64,000 nucleotides of DNA from an uncultured Klebsiella sp. Its GTDB lineage: Bacteria; Pseudomonadota; Gammaproteobacteria; Pseudomonadales; Pseudohongiellaceae. The stretch is from positions 41,669 to 105,668 of the forward strand of contig CAZICZ010000011.1 in the NCBI GenBank assembly GCA_964538025.1, given 5' to 3'. Under the pieces are notes generated by a model. That model searched no databases. It had not been told where the DNA came from and was given only the letters and a program-made list of their open reading frames with translations. This document shows, in pieces, positions 28,417-37,189 of this stretch; positions within the stretch are counted from its first letter, which is position 1; the number at the start of each line of letters is the position of its first letter. The translations under genes were made by a program, and so were the position numbers.

Positions 28417-29475
28417 ATGCAAGTCCAATCCCCTCAAGCCCGCGCCGAGTGCCCGGCGCCCGGTGTTCTGATGCTCGATCTTATGGGAACTCATCTCACG
28501 GAGGACGAAGCCCAACTCCTGCGCTCTCCCGTGGTAGGCGGGGTCATCCTGTTTGCGCGCAATCTCGCTACGCCCTCTCAAGTGCGTGCGCTCACGGAGG
28601 CCATTCGAGCCTGCAATCCTCAGCTTCTGATTGCGGTCGATCAGGAAGGGGGGCGCGTGCAGAGGCTGCGGGAGGGGTTTACCCGCTTGCCGCCCATGCG
28701 AGCATTGGCTTCCCGTTGGCTGGAAGACCCGCTTGATGCCGAGGTGCTGGCGCAGGAAACGGGCTGGCTGATGGCAGCAGAGGTGCTCAGTGCGGGCATC
28801 GATTTCAGTTTTGCACCGGTACTGGATCTGGATACCGGGCGCAGCGCTGTGATTGGCGACAGGTCCTTTGGACGTTCGCCTAAACAAGTGGCGGCCCTCG
28901 CCACCGCGTTCATGCGTGGCATGCACGAGGCAGGCATGGCCACCACCGGCAAGCACTTTCCCGGCCACGGCAGCGTGGAGGCGGACAGCCATACCCATTT
29001 GCCGGTGGATTCGCGATCGCTAGCGCAGATCCGAGCCCAGGATTTGGCGGCGTTTGTTGCCTGCATGGAGTCCCTGGATGGCGTCATGCCAGCCCACGTG
29101 CTCTACGAAGCCGTCGACTCGCAGTGTGCAGGGTTTTCTCCATTCTGGCTGCAGACGATATTGCGTCAGGAGTTGGGGTTCGGCGGCGTCATTTTCAGCG
29201 ACGATCTGGTCATGGCCGGTGCCGCCGCTGCCGGTGACATGCCCGCCCGCGTGGACGCGGCACTCGCCGCCGGATGTGACATGGTGCTTGTCTGCAACGA
29301 CCGTGCGCAGGCGCTCATCGCCAAGACACATCTCGAGGCGCTCGCGCATTCGGGCAATGCACGACTGATCCAGATGCAGCGCAGCCGTGACTGGGACCGC
29401 GACACCTTGCGGAACACACCGCGCTGGGAGATCGCACGCGCGCGGATCGATGCGCTTACGGGAGGGGCGGCATGA
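28417..29475 (+). CDS. nagZ: beta-N-acetylhexosaminidase (peptidoglycan recycling)
   Basis: GH3 motifs IAVDQEGGRVQR and KHFPGHG. The start is ambiguous between ATG 28417 and the later MLDLMG Met, and the ORF-track start at 28312 is probably too long. Confidence 0.88.
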   Translation: MQVQSPQARAECPAPGVLMLDLMGTHLTEDEAQLLRSPVVGGVILFARNLATPSQVRALTEAIRACNPQLLIAVDQEGGRVQRLREGFTRLPPMRALASRWLEDPLDAEVLAQETGWLMAAEVLSAGIDFSFAPVLDLDTGRSAVIGDRSFGRSPKQVAALATAFMRGMHEAGMATTGKHFPGHGSVEADSHTHLPVDSRSLAQIRAQDLAAFVACMESLDGVMPAHVLYEAVDSQCAGFSPFWLQTILRQELGFGGVIFSDDLVMAGAAAAGDMPARVDAALAAGCDMVLVCNDRAQALIAKTHLEALAHSGNARLIQMQRSRDWDRDTLRNTPRWEIARARIDALTGGAA

Positions 29476-30020
29476 TTGAGGAAGTCACCCGCGTGATGGC
29501 AGAGGCGGAGTGTCTGTACACCCGCTCTCAGGTGCAGGAGGCCATCGCCCGCATGGCGGAAGAGCTCCAGCAGCGGGTGAGTGGCCTCAACCCGGTTGTG
29601 CTCTGTGTGATGAATGGGGCACTGGTCGTGATGGGAGAACTGTTGCCTCTTCTGTCATTTCCGCTGCAGGTGGACTATCTACACGCCAGTCGCTATCGCG
29701 AACAGCTCAGCGGTGCCGATCTGCACTGGAAGGCCCGCCCGGGGACGCCCTTGGCGGGGCGACATGTGCTTGTCATCGATGACATTCTGGATGAGGGGGA
29801 TACCCTAGTGAAAATTCGCGAGTGCTGCCTGTCCGAGGGGGCGCTGAGCGTCCTGTGCGCCGTGCTTGTGGACAAGCAGCATGCCCGTCGTCACCCGGCA
29901 CTGCCCAAGGCGGATGTCACTGGCCTGATCGCCCCGGATCGTTACCTGTTTGGCTACGGCATGGATTACAAGGGGTATCTGCGCAACGCGCCCGGCATTT
30001 ACGCTCTGGCGGAGTCCTGA
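29472..30020 (+). CDS. hypoxanthine/guanine phosphoribosyltransferase family protein
   Basis: PRPP-binding motif VLVIDDILDEGDTL. 182 aa, overlapping nagZ by 4 nt. Confidence 0.82.
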   Translation: MIEEVTRVMAEAECLYTRSQVQEAIARMAEELQQRVSGLNPVVLCVMNGALVVMGELLPLLSFPLQVDYLHASRYREQLSGADLHWKARPGTPLAGRHVLVIDDILDEGDTLVKIRECCLSEGALSVLCAVLVDKQHARRHPALPKADVTGLIAPDRYLFGYGMDYKGYLRNAPGIYALAES

Positions 30021-31165
30021 TCCCTGACCCACGCCCGAATGGCGTCGGCGTCGCCCTTGAAGATGACGCGCTCGAGACGGCGGGACAGTTGGTAGCTGTA
30101 CATCGGGTCGTAATAGGTTTCCAGCAGCCGGACTATCCAATCGCGATGCGCCTCTGTCTCTCCCGACACATCCTGACGTCGCAAGGCTTCGTCCATCAAT
30201 CTTCCGATTTCCTCATAGCGCTCGCCGCCCAGACGGCGCTGAATTTTCGCCAGCGCGCTACGCAGGTAGAGTGAAAAACGCGACAGTGCCGTTTCCGGAT
30301 CCGCCTGCTGAAATTGGTGGAGGTTGTCTTCGATGTAGTCTTTCAAGATGGTAGTGGCGCGCGACTCCAGAGACTCCTCAACGAGCAGGATGGGCGATGC
30401 CTTCATGGCAGCGTGCAGCTGCATCGGAATGGCCAGGGAGCCGATGGCCTGACTTTCATCTTCCACATACAGACGACTTCCCTGCCAGCGCTCCAATTGC
30501 AGCAGACGGACGGCGAGCGCGTTCTCAAAGGAGATCTGCGTAGGTTGTCCCTCCAGCCGGCTGCCGAAGGCGGACCCGCGATGGTGGGCAAAGCCCTCCA
30601 GATCGGCCGACACGGGCAAGGTATTGAGCAGATGGGTTTTGCCCGAGCCCGTGGGGCCGGCGATTACCGTCAGTGCAAAGCGCTGCGGAGCGGCATCGAT
30701 TGTGTCGATCAGCACCTGACGCATCGCCTTGTAGCCCCCCGGCACGCGAGGGCAGTGGATACCGGACTCTGCCAGCCATTGTTGAACCGTGCGCGAGCGC
30801 AGTCCGCCACGAAAGCAATACAGCCACGCGCCTGGATGTTCTGCCAGCCAGCCAGACCAGCCCTCCAGTCGGCTCTGTCGCGTGCTGCCTCCCACCAGCT
30901 GATGGCCAAGGGCAATCGCGGCATCCTGGCCCGCCTGCTTGTAACGGGTGCCCACTGCCGCCCGTTCCTCGTCGTAAAGCAGGGGCAGATTATGGGCGGT
31001 CGGGAAGGCGCCTTTGGCGAATTCCACCGGTGCGCGCACGTCCAGCAGGGGAAGGCCCTCGCGGAGCAGATCGCGGAGCAGGGAGAGGGAAGCGTCAGTC
31101 ACGATTTTTTTGGCTCCAGGGCCGGAAAACGGTTCAAGGCCGGCAAAGAGCGGTCGATATAGCAT
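29999..31165 (-). CDS. selU: tRNA 2-selenouridine synthase
   Basis: Rhodanese active-site Cys (CFRGGLRS) followed by the P-loop GPTGSGKT. 388 aa. Confidence 0.88.
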   Translation of the reverse strand: MLYRPLFAGLEPFSGPGAKKIVTDASLSLLRDLLREGLPLLDVRAPVEFAKGAFPTAHNLPLLYDEERAAVGTRYKQAGQDAAIALGHQLVGGSTRQSRLEGWSGWLAEHPGAWLYCFRGGLRSRTVQQWLAESGIHCPRVPGGYKAMRQVLIDTIDAAPQRFALTVIAGPTGSGKTHLLNTLPVSADLEGFAHHRGSAFGSRLEGQPTQISFENALAVRLLQLERWQGSRLYVEDESQAIGSLAIPMQLHAAMKASPILLVEESLESRATTILKDYIEDNLHQFQQADPETALSRFSLYLRSALAKIQRRLGGERYEEIGRLMDEALRRQDVSGETEAHRDWIVRLLETYYDPMYSYQLSRRLERVIFKGDADAIRAWVRDQDSARA

Positions 31166-31408
31166 GAATGAATCCGAGACGACAAGGGTGATTCCGGCAC
31201 GCGCTTTCCGCAGAGTGGATATCTTTGCAGCGCCCCGCGGCGCATGTCAGAAGCTGCTGTATAATTCTTGTCCATGCCCTTCGGCAGCCTGATTTCACTG
31301 ACGCTACCCCATGGAGAACATCCGGTGACTGATAGCCCCAGCAACTTTCGTCTCGCCGAACAGCGCCCCCGCTGGTGGTGGCCTCTGCGCGCTCACTAGC
31401 GCGCGATA

Positions 31409-32908
31409 ATGCTGGGGGGACTTCCCGTTGCATTGATTATTGCCCTGTTCGGCCTGTTCAAGCCTCCGTTGTTCGAATCCCGTGCCTCGCTGGAAGTCCA
31501 GGGAGGCGCACTCGCCAACACGACAAATCCCGTCGCGACAGAAGTCATTGTGCTGATGAACACGCAGCGCGAAATCGTGGCGTCCTCTGCCGTTGCCGGA
31601 CCGTTTCAGGATAATCTCGCCGTCGAGGTCATTCCCCAGACCTACGTTCTGGCCATCCGCTATGTGGCACAGGATCCCCAGAGTGCCCAGCAGGGAGCCA
31701 ATGCGGTGGCACAGGCCTATGTCAATTACACTGCCAATGCCCAGCTCGAACAGATTACCCGGGCCGCGGAACAGCTCATTGCCAAGTTGGATACGGTAAC
31801 AGCACTGTCTGCCCAACCCGCCGAAGAAGTTGGTGGCCAGAGCCCGGAAGCCTTGAGTCCCGGCATGCTGGTGGACCTGTTGCCTCCGCTGCAGGAACCC
31901 ACGGTGGAGCAGCTGCGGGCGCGTGCCCAGCAACCGGTCAATGTGCTGGAGCCGGTACTCGAAACCAGCCTGATCCGTCAGTTTGTGGCCAGCTACGACG
32001 ATTCGCTCAAGAACCTTATCGGCGCCCGCGTGCTGGCGGAGGCCAATCTGCCTCGCGCCCCGATTGAACAGATGGCCCCCTGGTGGATTCTGCTGGGCTA
32101 CCTCAGTGCCGTCGCCGTGCCTGCTTTTGTCGTGGCCTTTCGCTTTGCGCGCCGCCCCTCGCTGGACTTCAAGCACGATGTGGAAACACAGTTGGGCAAA
32201 AGCTGTGTGGGCGTCATTCCGGCCCTCGAGCTGCCTGAACCCGCGCAGTTCCTGTTTGACCGGGATTATGCGGCCAGTATCGGTGTGCTCCGTGCACGTC
32301 TGCAGATGGTGAGGCCTGCCCATGACCCGCTTGAACAATTCCCCAAAGGGCGGGTCGTGCTGGTGACCTCGGCAACCGAAGGGGAGGGAAAGACCTCCAT
32401 CGCCATGAACCTGGCCTTTGCCATGGCCAGAACCGAAAAGGTTCTCTTGATCAATGCCGACATGCGCCGCCCTCAGGAGTATGTGGGGCTGCCTACCGGT
32501 ACCGCTGGCCTGTCGCACCTCATCGCCGGCGCTGCCCAGATTCGCGATTGTGTGCATGCCATTCCCAGCAAAGGGCTCTACGTGATTCCTTCGGGAGTCT
32601 TGCCGCCCAATCCCCATGAACTTTTGTCGAGCAAGCGTTTCCGTCGCATCATCGAAATGCTGGAGCGTCGATTCGACACCATCATCATCGACGCGCCCTC
32701 TCTGGTTGAGGTCAGTGATACCCTGGTAGTGGCCCGTCAATGCACTGATGTGCTGTTTGTGATTCAGGCCGGGGTGACTGTCGCCGAAACCGCGGCCATC
32801 GAGGTGTCCCGACTGCAGGGCGAAGGCATTCCGGAAGTCCGCGTCGTGCTGAACCGTGTCACTCCTTATGACCTTGATCGGGATGTGCTGACGAGCCTGA
32901 AAAAATGA
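31409..32908 (+). CDS. Wzz/PCP-type chain-length-determinant fused to a BY-kinase-like P-loop ATPase, without a C-terminal Tyr cluster
   Basis: TM1 is at the N-terminus, followed by a roughly 200-aa periplasmic segment and TM2 (WWILLGYLSAVAVPAFVVAF). Walker A is SATEGEGKTS, A-prime is VLLINADMRRP and Walker B is TIIIDAPS. The C-terminus ...NRVTPYDLDRDVLTSLKK has a single Tyr. Confidence 0.8.
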   Translation: MLGGLPVALIIALFGLFKPPLFESRASLEVQGGALANTTNPVATEVIVLMNTQREIVASSAVAGPFQDNLAVEVIPQTYVLAIRYVAQDPQSAQQGANAVAQAYVNYTANAQLEQITRAAEQLIAKLDTVTALSAQPAEEVGGQSPEALSPGMLVDLLPPLQEPTVEQLRARAQQPVNVLEPVLETSLIRQFVASYDDSLKNLIGARVLAEANLPRAPIEQMAPWWILLGYLSAVAVPAFVVAFRFARRPSLDFKHDVETQLGKSCVGVIPALELPEPAQFLFDRDYAASIGVLRARLQMVRPAHDPLEQFPKGRVVLVTSATEGEGKTSIAMNLAFAMARTEKVLLINADMRRPQEYVGLPTGTAGLSHLIAGAAQIRDCVHAIPSKGLYVIPSGVLPPNPHELLSSKRFRRIIEMLERRFDTIIIDAPSLVEVSDTLVVARQCTDVLFVIQAGVTVAETAAIEVSRLQGEGIPEVRVVLNRVTPYDLDRDVLTSLKK

Positions 32909-33429
32909 ACCTCTCCGAGTTACAGGCCTTTCTGGAAGAATCGACGTGGGACGATGTGCTCGCATCCGGAACAGCGCCTGCGGAGAACGTCTCCGAAGGG
33001 GAGCTCCCGTCAACGCGCGATGAGGCTGAAAGTCCCGTCGATCTGACCTCCGAGGACGCACCCGAGACAGCAGTTCCCCCGACCTTGCGGGCAGAGGATG
33101 ACATCCGATTGCCGGTGCCACCGGTCGATCTTGAGCCAGAGCCTGTCTTTGCCTCGTTGGCCATGCCCCGTGCCGCGTCATCGTCCGTAAACCCAACACG
33201 TCAGAGTCCCCCCGTCAAACTGGTGCCGAAATTGACGGACGTGGTCGAGGCCGAACCGCCGCTGGACCGCAGCACCTTGACGCTGCAGGAACGGCTGAAA
33301 GAGGTCGAAATGGCTCAGCGCATGGGCTATCTGCTCTGCAAGTGCACCTGGCCACCCCAGATCATGGTGCTCACGGGCACCGATCATGTCTATCGCTGCC
33401 GGCGCTGTTCCCGCGTTCGCGAAATGTAA
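32905..33429 (+). CDS. hypothetical acidic protein with a C-terminal CxC...CxxC zinc-ribbon-like motif
   Basis: The ATG overlaps the upstream stop (ATGA at 32905-32908). The N-terminus is Asp/Glu/Pro-rich and low in complexity. The C-terminus reads CKCTWPPQIMVLTGTDHVYRCRRC. I recognise no family. Confidence 0.55.
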   Translation: MNLSELQAFLEESTWDDVLASGTAPAENVSEGELPSTRDEAESPVDLTSEDAPETAVPPTLRAEDDIRLPVPPVDLEPEPVFASLAMPRAASSSVNPTRQSPPVKLVPKLTDVVEAEPPLDRSTLTLQERLKEVEMAQRMGYLLCKCTWPPQIMVLTGTDHVYRCRRCSRVREM

Positions 33430-33549
33430 TTCCCCTGCGCCTCGGCCAACGGGCGTCATGATTGGCAAGCTATGTGCTTATTCTTTTTACAAGAGCACGT
33501 GTGGCGAGTCTTTGCCGCTTCCGTTATGGGAAAAGAAAGGATCCAGAGC

Positions 33550-34212
33550 ATGTTTAAACGATTGGGAATGTTCGTGTTGCCATGGGCACTTACTGCCTGC
33601 GCCCACGTCCATCATCTTTACAATCAGGGGCTCGCTGTCACTGGCGCGAGCGGCCTGATCTCTCATCACGCTATTGAACGCAACGGGCACTGGGTGCTGG
33701 GGCAGGACACCAGTTTTTACGTTGCCCTCAGCGGGCTCGCGGACTTAGAGGCAGCGGTCCTGAATACCACGCCGGAGGATGTGCCGGGACAGACTCCGCG
33801 CGATCAGGTGGAGGATCAGGTCGCCGATCTGATTGCCCTGGAAATCAGTCGACAGTTTCCGCGCGTCTTGCGGGCACAGGGCACGGAGAGTCTGTTCGAT
33901 GCGCGTCAGAGTGCGATGGCGCAGCGCATCGATTTTGTCGTCTACCCCCGGGTGTATCTCTGGGAAGACACGGCAGGCACCTGGACCGAGATCGCCAATG
34001 CCCTGCGTTACCGCGCCACCGAAGACATCGGGAACGCGTTCGGCTTTGACCGCGCACGCCTTCAACTGACGCTGCTGGATGCCACCAGCGGCAGCATTCT
34101 GGATGTTGTCTCCATAGAGACGCGCGCGGGACTGTTGAGTCTGTATGAGGAAAGTCCCGAGCGTTTGCTGGTCAGCGCCGTTGGTCAGTACGTCGACTCT
34201 CTGGTACCGTAA
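33550..34212 (+). CDS. putative lipoprotein of unknown function
   Basis: ATG 33550 has AAAGGA upstream. The signal peptide carries the lipobox LTAC (MFKRLGMFVLPWALTAC). I recognise no catalytic motif. Confidence 0.6.
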   Translation: MFKRLGMFVLPWALTACAHVHHLYNQGLAVTGASGLISHHAIERNGHWVLGQDTSFYVALSGLADLEAAVLNTTPEDVPGQTPRDQVEDQVADLIALEISRQFPRVLRAQGTESLFDARQSAMAQRIDFVVYPRVYLWEDTAGTWTEIANALRYRATEDIGNAFGFDRARLQLTLLDATSGSILDVVSIETRAGLLSLYEESPERLLVSAVGQYVDSLVP

Positions 34213-34267
34213 TGACGCTCAGGGCACCCGCCGGGTGCCTCGCGATGCGGAAAAACGGGCGCAGGAC

Positions 34268-34825
34268 ATGCAGGATTTCAGACTTCCCTCCGACTCTCTC
34301 CTGATCACGGCCGAGGCGTTTCCCGGCCCTGCGCCGGTGCATCTCTGGCAACCTCCCTATTGCGGTGACAGCGACATGCGTATAGCCCGTGACGGCCGCT
34401 GGTACCATCAGGGCAACCTGATCCGACGTCCGCGTCTTGTGCAGGCCTTCTCGCGACTTCTGCGCCGCGAGGAGGACGGTTCCTTTTCGCTGGTGACACC
34501 GGTAGAGAGGGTTGGCATCACCGTGGAGGATTGCCCGTTTGTCGCCACGCTGGTCGATGTGGTGGACGCGGGGGAGGGGCAGCGGCTGGAGTTCACGCTC
34601 AATACGGGGGAGCGTCTGTGTGCCGGCCCTGATCACGCCATTATTGTCGAGCAGCGCGAAGGAGCCCCTCATCCCGTGCTGCAGGTACGACGGGGGCTCG
34701 ATGCCCTCATCTCCCGCAATGCGTTCTATCGCCTTGTTGAGGTGGCTGAGCTGCGCGTCGGTCCTGAGGGCGAACAGGTGCAAGTATGCAGTGCAGGACA
34801 CCGTTTTACGCTGGGAGCGTGTTAA
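34268..34825 (+). CDS. DUF1285-like protein
   Basis: The core RIARDGRWYHQGNLIRRPRLVQAFSRLL...FSLVTPVERVGITVEDCPF matches my memory of DUF1285. The start is uncertain (ATG 34268 has a short RBS spacing, and GTG 34235 is an alternative). Confidence 0.7.
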   Translation: MQDFRLPSDSLLITAEAFPGPAPVHLWQPPYCGDSDMRIARDGRWYHQGNLIRRPRLVQAFSRLLRREEDGSFSLVTPVERVGITVEDCPFVATLVDVVDAGEGQRLEFTLNTGERLCAGPDHAIIVEQREGAPHPVLQVRRGLDALISRNAFYRLVEVAELRVGPEGEQVQVCSAGHRFTLGAC

Positions 34826-34829
34826 GCGA

Positions 34830-35093
34830 TTAGCGGGGGCGCAGGCTCCCGCGCGCGGAAGACGGTTCCTGCGAAGGGGCAGGTTTTAGGCCTTCGAGCG
34901 CGGCATCCCCGACAACTATTGCCGTCTCGGCGACAACTTTTGCCGCTTCCTTTGACATCTCGATACCCTTGTCAGCGCCAAGAACGGCACCCTTGCCGGC
35001 ATACGCGGCGCTTTGCGTCACCGGCGCCGCGATAAAGCCACACGCGCTGAGAAGCAGTGATAATCCAGTGCAAACGAACAAGCGAAAAGACAT
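34830..35093 (-). CDS. small putative lipoprotein
   Basis: ATG 35093 is preceded by AGGAGAA. The signal peptide has the lipobox LLSAC. 87 aa, Ala/Gly/Lys-rich. Confidence 0.5.
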   Translation of the reverse strand: MSFRLFVCTGLSLLLSACGFIAAPVTQSAAYAGKGAVLGADKGIEMSKEAAKVVAETAIVVGDAALEGLKPAPSQEPSSARGSLRPR

Positions 35094-35373
35094 GACATTC
35101 TCCTGAAAATGCGGCGGTGTCGCCGTCATCACGGCAACGAAAGACCCTGTTGCGGGCGCCATGACACCAGCATTGCAAGCTCCATGCCCGAAACAGAATT
35201 CACCGTCTTTTCAGAGGGTTCCCGGCCGCCGCCAAGTTGACGCCTCCGGGGAAACGGGGCATCATTGCCCCCTTTTTCGGGCGTAGCGCCCGGCAGGATT
35301 TGGTGAAGGACGCATCAAATCGATGCATCCGCGTTCTGCACTCATTTACTTTCGTTTTCGCATGGGAGAATCC

Positions 35374-36123
35374 ATGAAGATTCTTGTGGCAGTCAAACGC
35401 GTCGTCGACGCAAACGTGAAAATCCGGGTGAAAGCCGACAACAGTGGCGTCGAACTGACGAATGCCAAAATGGCCATCAACCCCTTCTGTGAAATTGCCG
35501 TCGAAGAGGCGATCCGCATCAAGGAAAAGGGCCAGGCTGAGGAAGTGGTGGTCGTGTCCATCGGCGACAAGGCCTGCCAGGAACAAATTCGCACGTCCCT
35601 CGCACTTGGGGCCGACCGCGGCATCCACGTGGAGACCGAAGACGGACTGCAACCGCTGGCCGTAGCAAAACTGCTCAAGGCTCTCGTTGAAAAAGAAGGG
35701 GCAGGTCTGGTGCTGTTGGGCAAACAGTCGATCGATTCCGACAACAACCAAGTCGCCCAGATGCTGGCGGCGCTGTGTCAAATGCCACAAGGCACGTTTG
35801 CCTGTGGCGTGGAAATCGCTGATGGGAAGGTGACCGTCAAGCGCGAGATCGACGGGGGCGAGCAAACGGTTCAGTTGGCATTGCCGGCGGTCATTTCTTC
35901 CGACCTGCGACTGAATGAACCCCGCTATGCCTCTCTGCCCAATATCATGAAGGCGAAGAAAAAACCGATCGATACACTAACGCCCGCCGATCTGGGCGTG
36001 AATGTCAGCTCCGGGCTCAAGACGCTCAGCGTTGAGCCACCGCCTGCACGCTCTGCCGGCATTAAAGTGGGCAGCGTGGACGAGCTGATCAGCAAACTTA
36101 AATCCGAAGCGAAAGTCATTTAA
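35374..36123 (+). CDS. etfB: electron transfer flavoprotein beta subunit
   Basis: The start [19 protein letters not shown] is the canonical EtfB N-terminus. GGAGAA lies upstream. 249 aa. Confidence 0.95.
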   Translation: MKILVAVKRVVDANVKIRVKADNSGVELTNAKMAINPFCEIAVEEAIRIKEKGQAEEVVVVSIGDKACQEQIRTSLALGADRGIHVETEDGLQPLAVAKLLKALVEKEGAGLVLLGKQSIDSDNNQVAQMLAALCQMPQGTFACGVEIADGKVTVKREIDGGEQTVQLALPAVISSDLRLNEPRYASLPNIMKAKKKPIDTLTPADLGVNVSSGLKTLSVEPPPARSAGIKVGSVDELISKLKSEAKVI

Positions 36124-36169
36124 GGCGACCGGTCTCCGGTTCCTCAGACAGCATTGAGAAGGAAACACC

Positions 36170-37099
36170 ATGAGCGTATTAGTCATCGCAGAACACGATA
36201 ACGCGAGCCTTAAACCAGCCACGCGCAGTGCCGTCACGGCGGCGCAGGCCATCGGGGGCGACCTCGTCATTCTGGTCGCAGGCAACGGGTGTGCCGGTGC
36301 GGCCGCCGCGGCAGCCCAGATTCCGCATGTCAGTAAAGTGCTGGTTGCCGACCATGCTGCCTACGACCATCAGTTGCCCGAAAGCGTGGCGGCGCTTGTA
36401 GTAGAAATTGCGGCGGGCTATTCCCATCTGCTGGCCTCGGCGACCACGACGGGAAAAAACCTCATGCCACGCGTGGCGGCATTGCTGGATGTTGCACAAA
36501 TCTCCGACATCATCGCAGTGAAGAGTCCTGACACCTTTGTCCGTCCCATTTACGCGGGCAACGCACTGGCAACAGTGCACTCCAGCGATGCCATCAAGGT
36601 GATCACAGTGCGCGGCACAGCGTTTGCGGAATGCCCCGCCAGTGGCGGCAACGCCCCTGTCGAAGCGCTCTCGATCGTGAAGGAACAGGCACTTTCTCGC
36701 TTCGTCAGCGAAGAGCTCTCCGTGTCTGAGCGACCTGAGCTGACCGCTGCCTCCATCGTCATTTCAGGCGGTCGCGGCATGCAGAGTGGTGACAATTTTG
36801 TCCTGCTCGAAAAAGTAGCGGATAAATTAGGCGCGGCCATTGGTGCATCGCGCGCCGCTGTCGATGCCGGATTTGTGCCCAATGATATGCAGGTGGGACA
36901 GACGGGCAAAATTGTGGCGCCGGATCTGTACATTGCTGTGGGGATATCCGGTGCCATTCAACATCTGGCCGGCATGAAGGACAGCAAGGTGATTGTGGCG
37001 ATCAACAAGGATGAAGAAGCCCCCATTTTCCAGGTTGCGGATTACGGGTTGGTGGATGACCTGTTCAAGGTCTTGCCGGAGCTGGCTGAGAAATTGTAA
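36170..37099 (+). CDS. etfA: electron transfer flavoprotein alpha subunit
   Basis: [11 protein letters not shown]... at the N-terminus and the C-terminal FAD-binding motif ([14 protein letters not shown]). 309 aa. Confidence 0.95.
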   Translation: MSVLVIAEHDNASLKPATRSAVTAAQAIGGDLVILVAGNGCAGAAAAAAQIPHVSKVLVADHAAYDHQLPESVAALVVEIAAGYSHLLASATTTGKNLMPRVAALLDVAQISDIIAVKSPDTFVRPIYAGNALATVHSSDAIKVITVRGTAFAECPASGGNAPVEALSIVKEQALSRFVSEELSVSERPELTAASIVISGGRGMQSGDNFVLLEKVADKLGAAIGASRAAVDAGFVPNDMQVGQTGKIVAPDLYIAVGISGAIQHLAGMKDSKVIVAINKDEEAPIFQVADYGLVDDLFKVLPELAEKL

Positions 37100-37149
37100 T
37101 GCAGGAGTGAGCGCGGAACGTCAGTGACGCCTTACTGGATGGATGAGTC

Positions 37150-37189
37150 AAAAAAGCCCCGTGATGCTGCCATCACGGGGCTTTTCTTT
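37150..37189. terminator. bidirectional rho-independent terminator between etfA and rne
   Basis: 12-bp stem AGCCCCGTGATG / CATCACGGGGCT with loop CTGC. It is flanked by an A-run upstream and a T-rich run downstream, so it serves the convergent etfA (+) and rne (-). Confidence 0.85.

Noticed and set aside
31255-31275. TATAAT hexamer and a CTGT-containing sequence (CTGTATAATTCTTGTCC) upstream of the BY-kinase-like gene, considered as a promoter or a second LexA box.
   Set aside because: There is no acceptable -35 element at 16-18 nt. The right half-site reads TGTC rather than ACAG, so it is not a CTGT-N8-ACAG palindrome.
31304-33199. 631-aa minus-strand ORF, the longest unassigned ORF in the track.
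   Set aside because: It is entirely antisense to the BY-kinase-like gene and the Zn-ribbon gene. Its translation is Arg/Pro/Gly/His-rich with no motifs, which is typical of shadow ORFs in GC-rich DNA. The plus-strand genes carry clear Walker motifs.
35256-35277. Terminator-like hairpin GGGGCA-TCAT-TGCCCC followed by CTTTTT on the plus strand, upstream of etfB.
   Set aside because: The stem is only 6 bp and the T-run is short. There is no plus-strand gene upstream for it to terminate, since it lies in the divergent promoter region. It may be an operator or attenuator, but the evidence is too weak.
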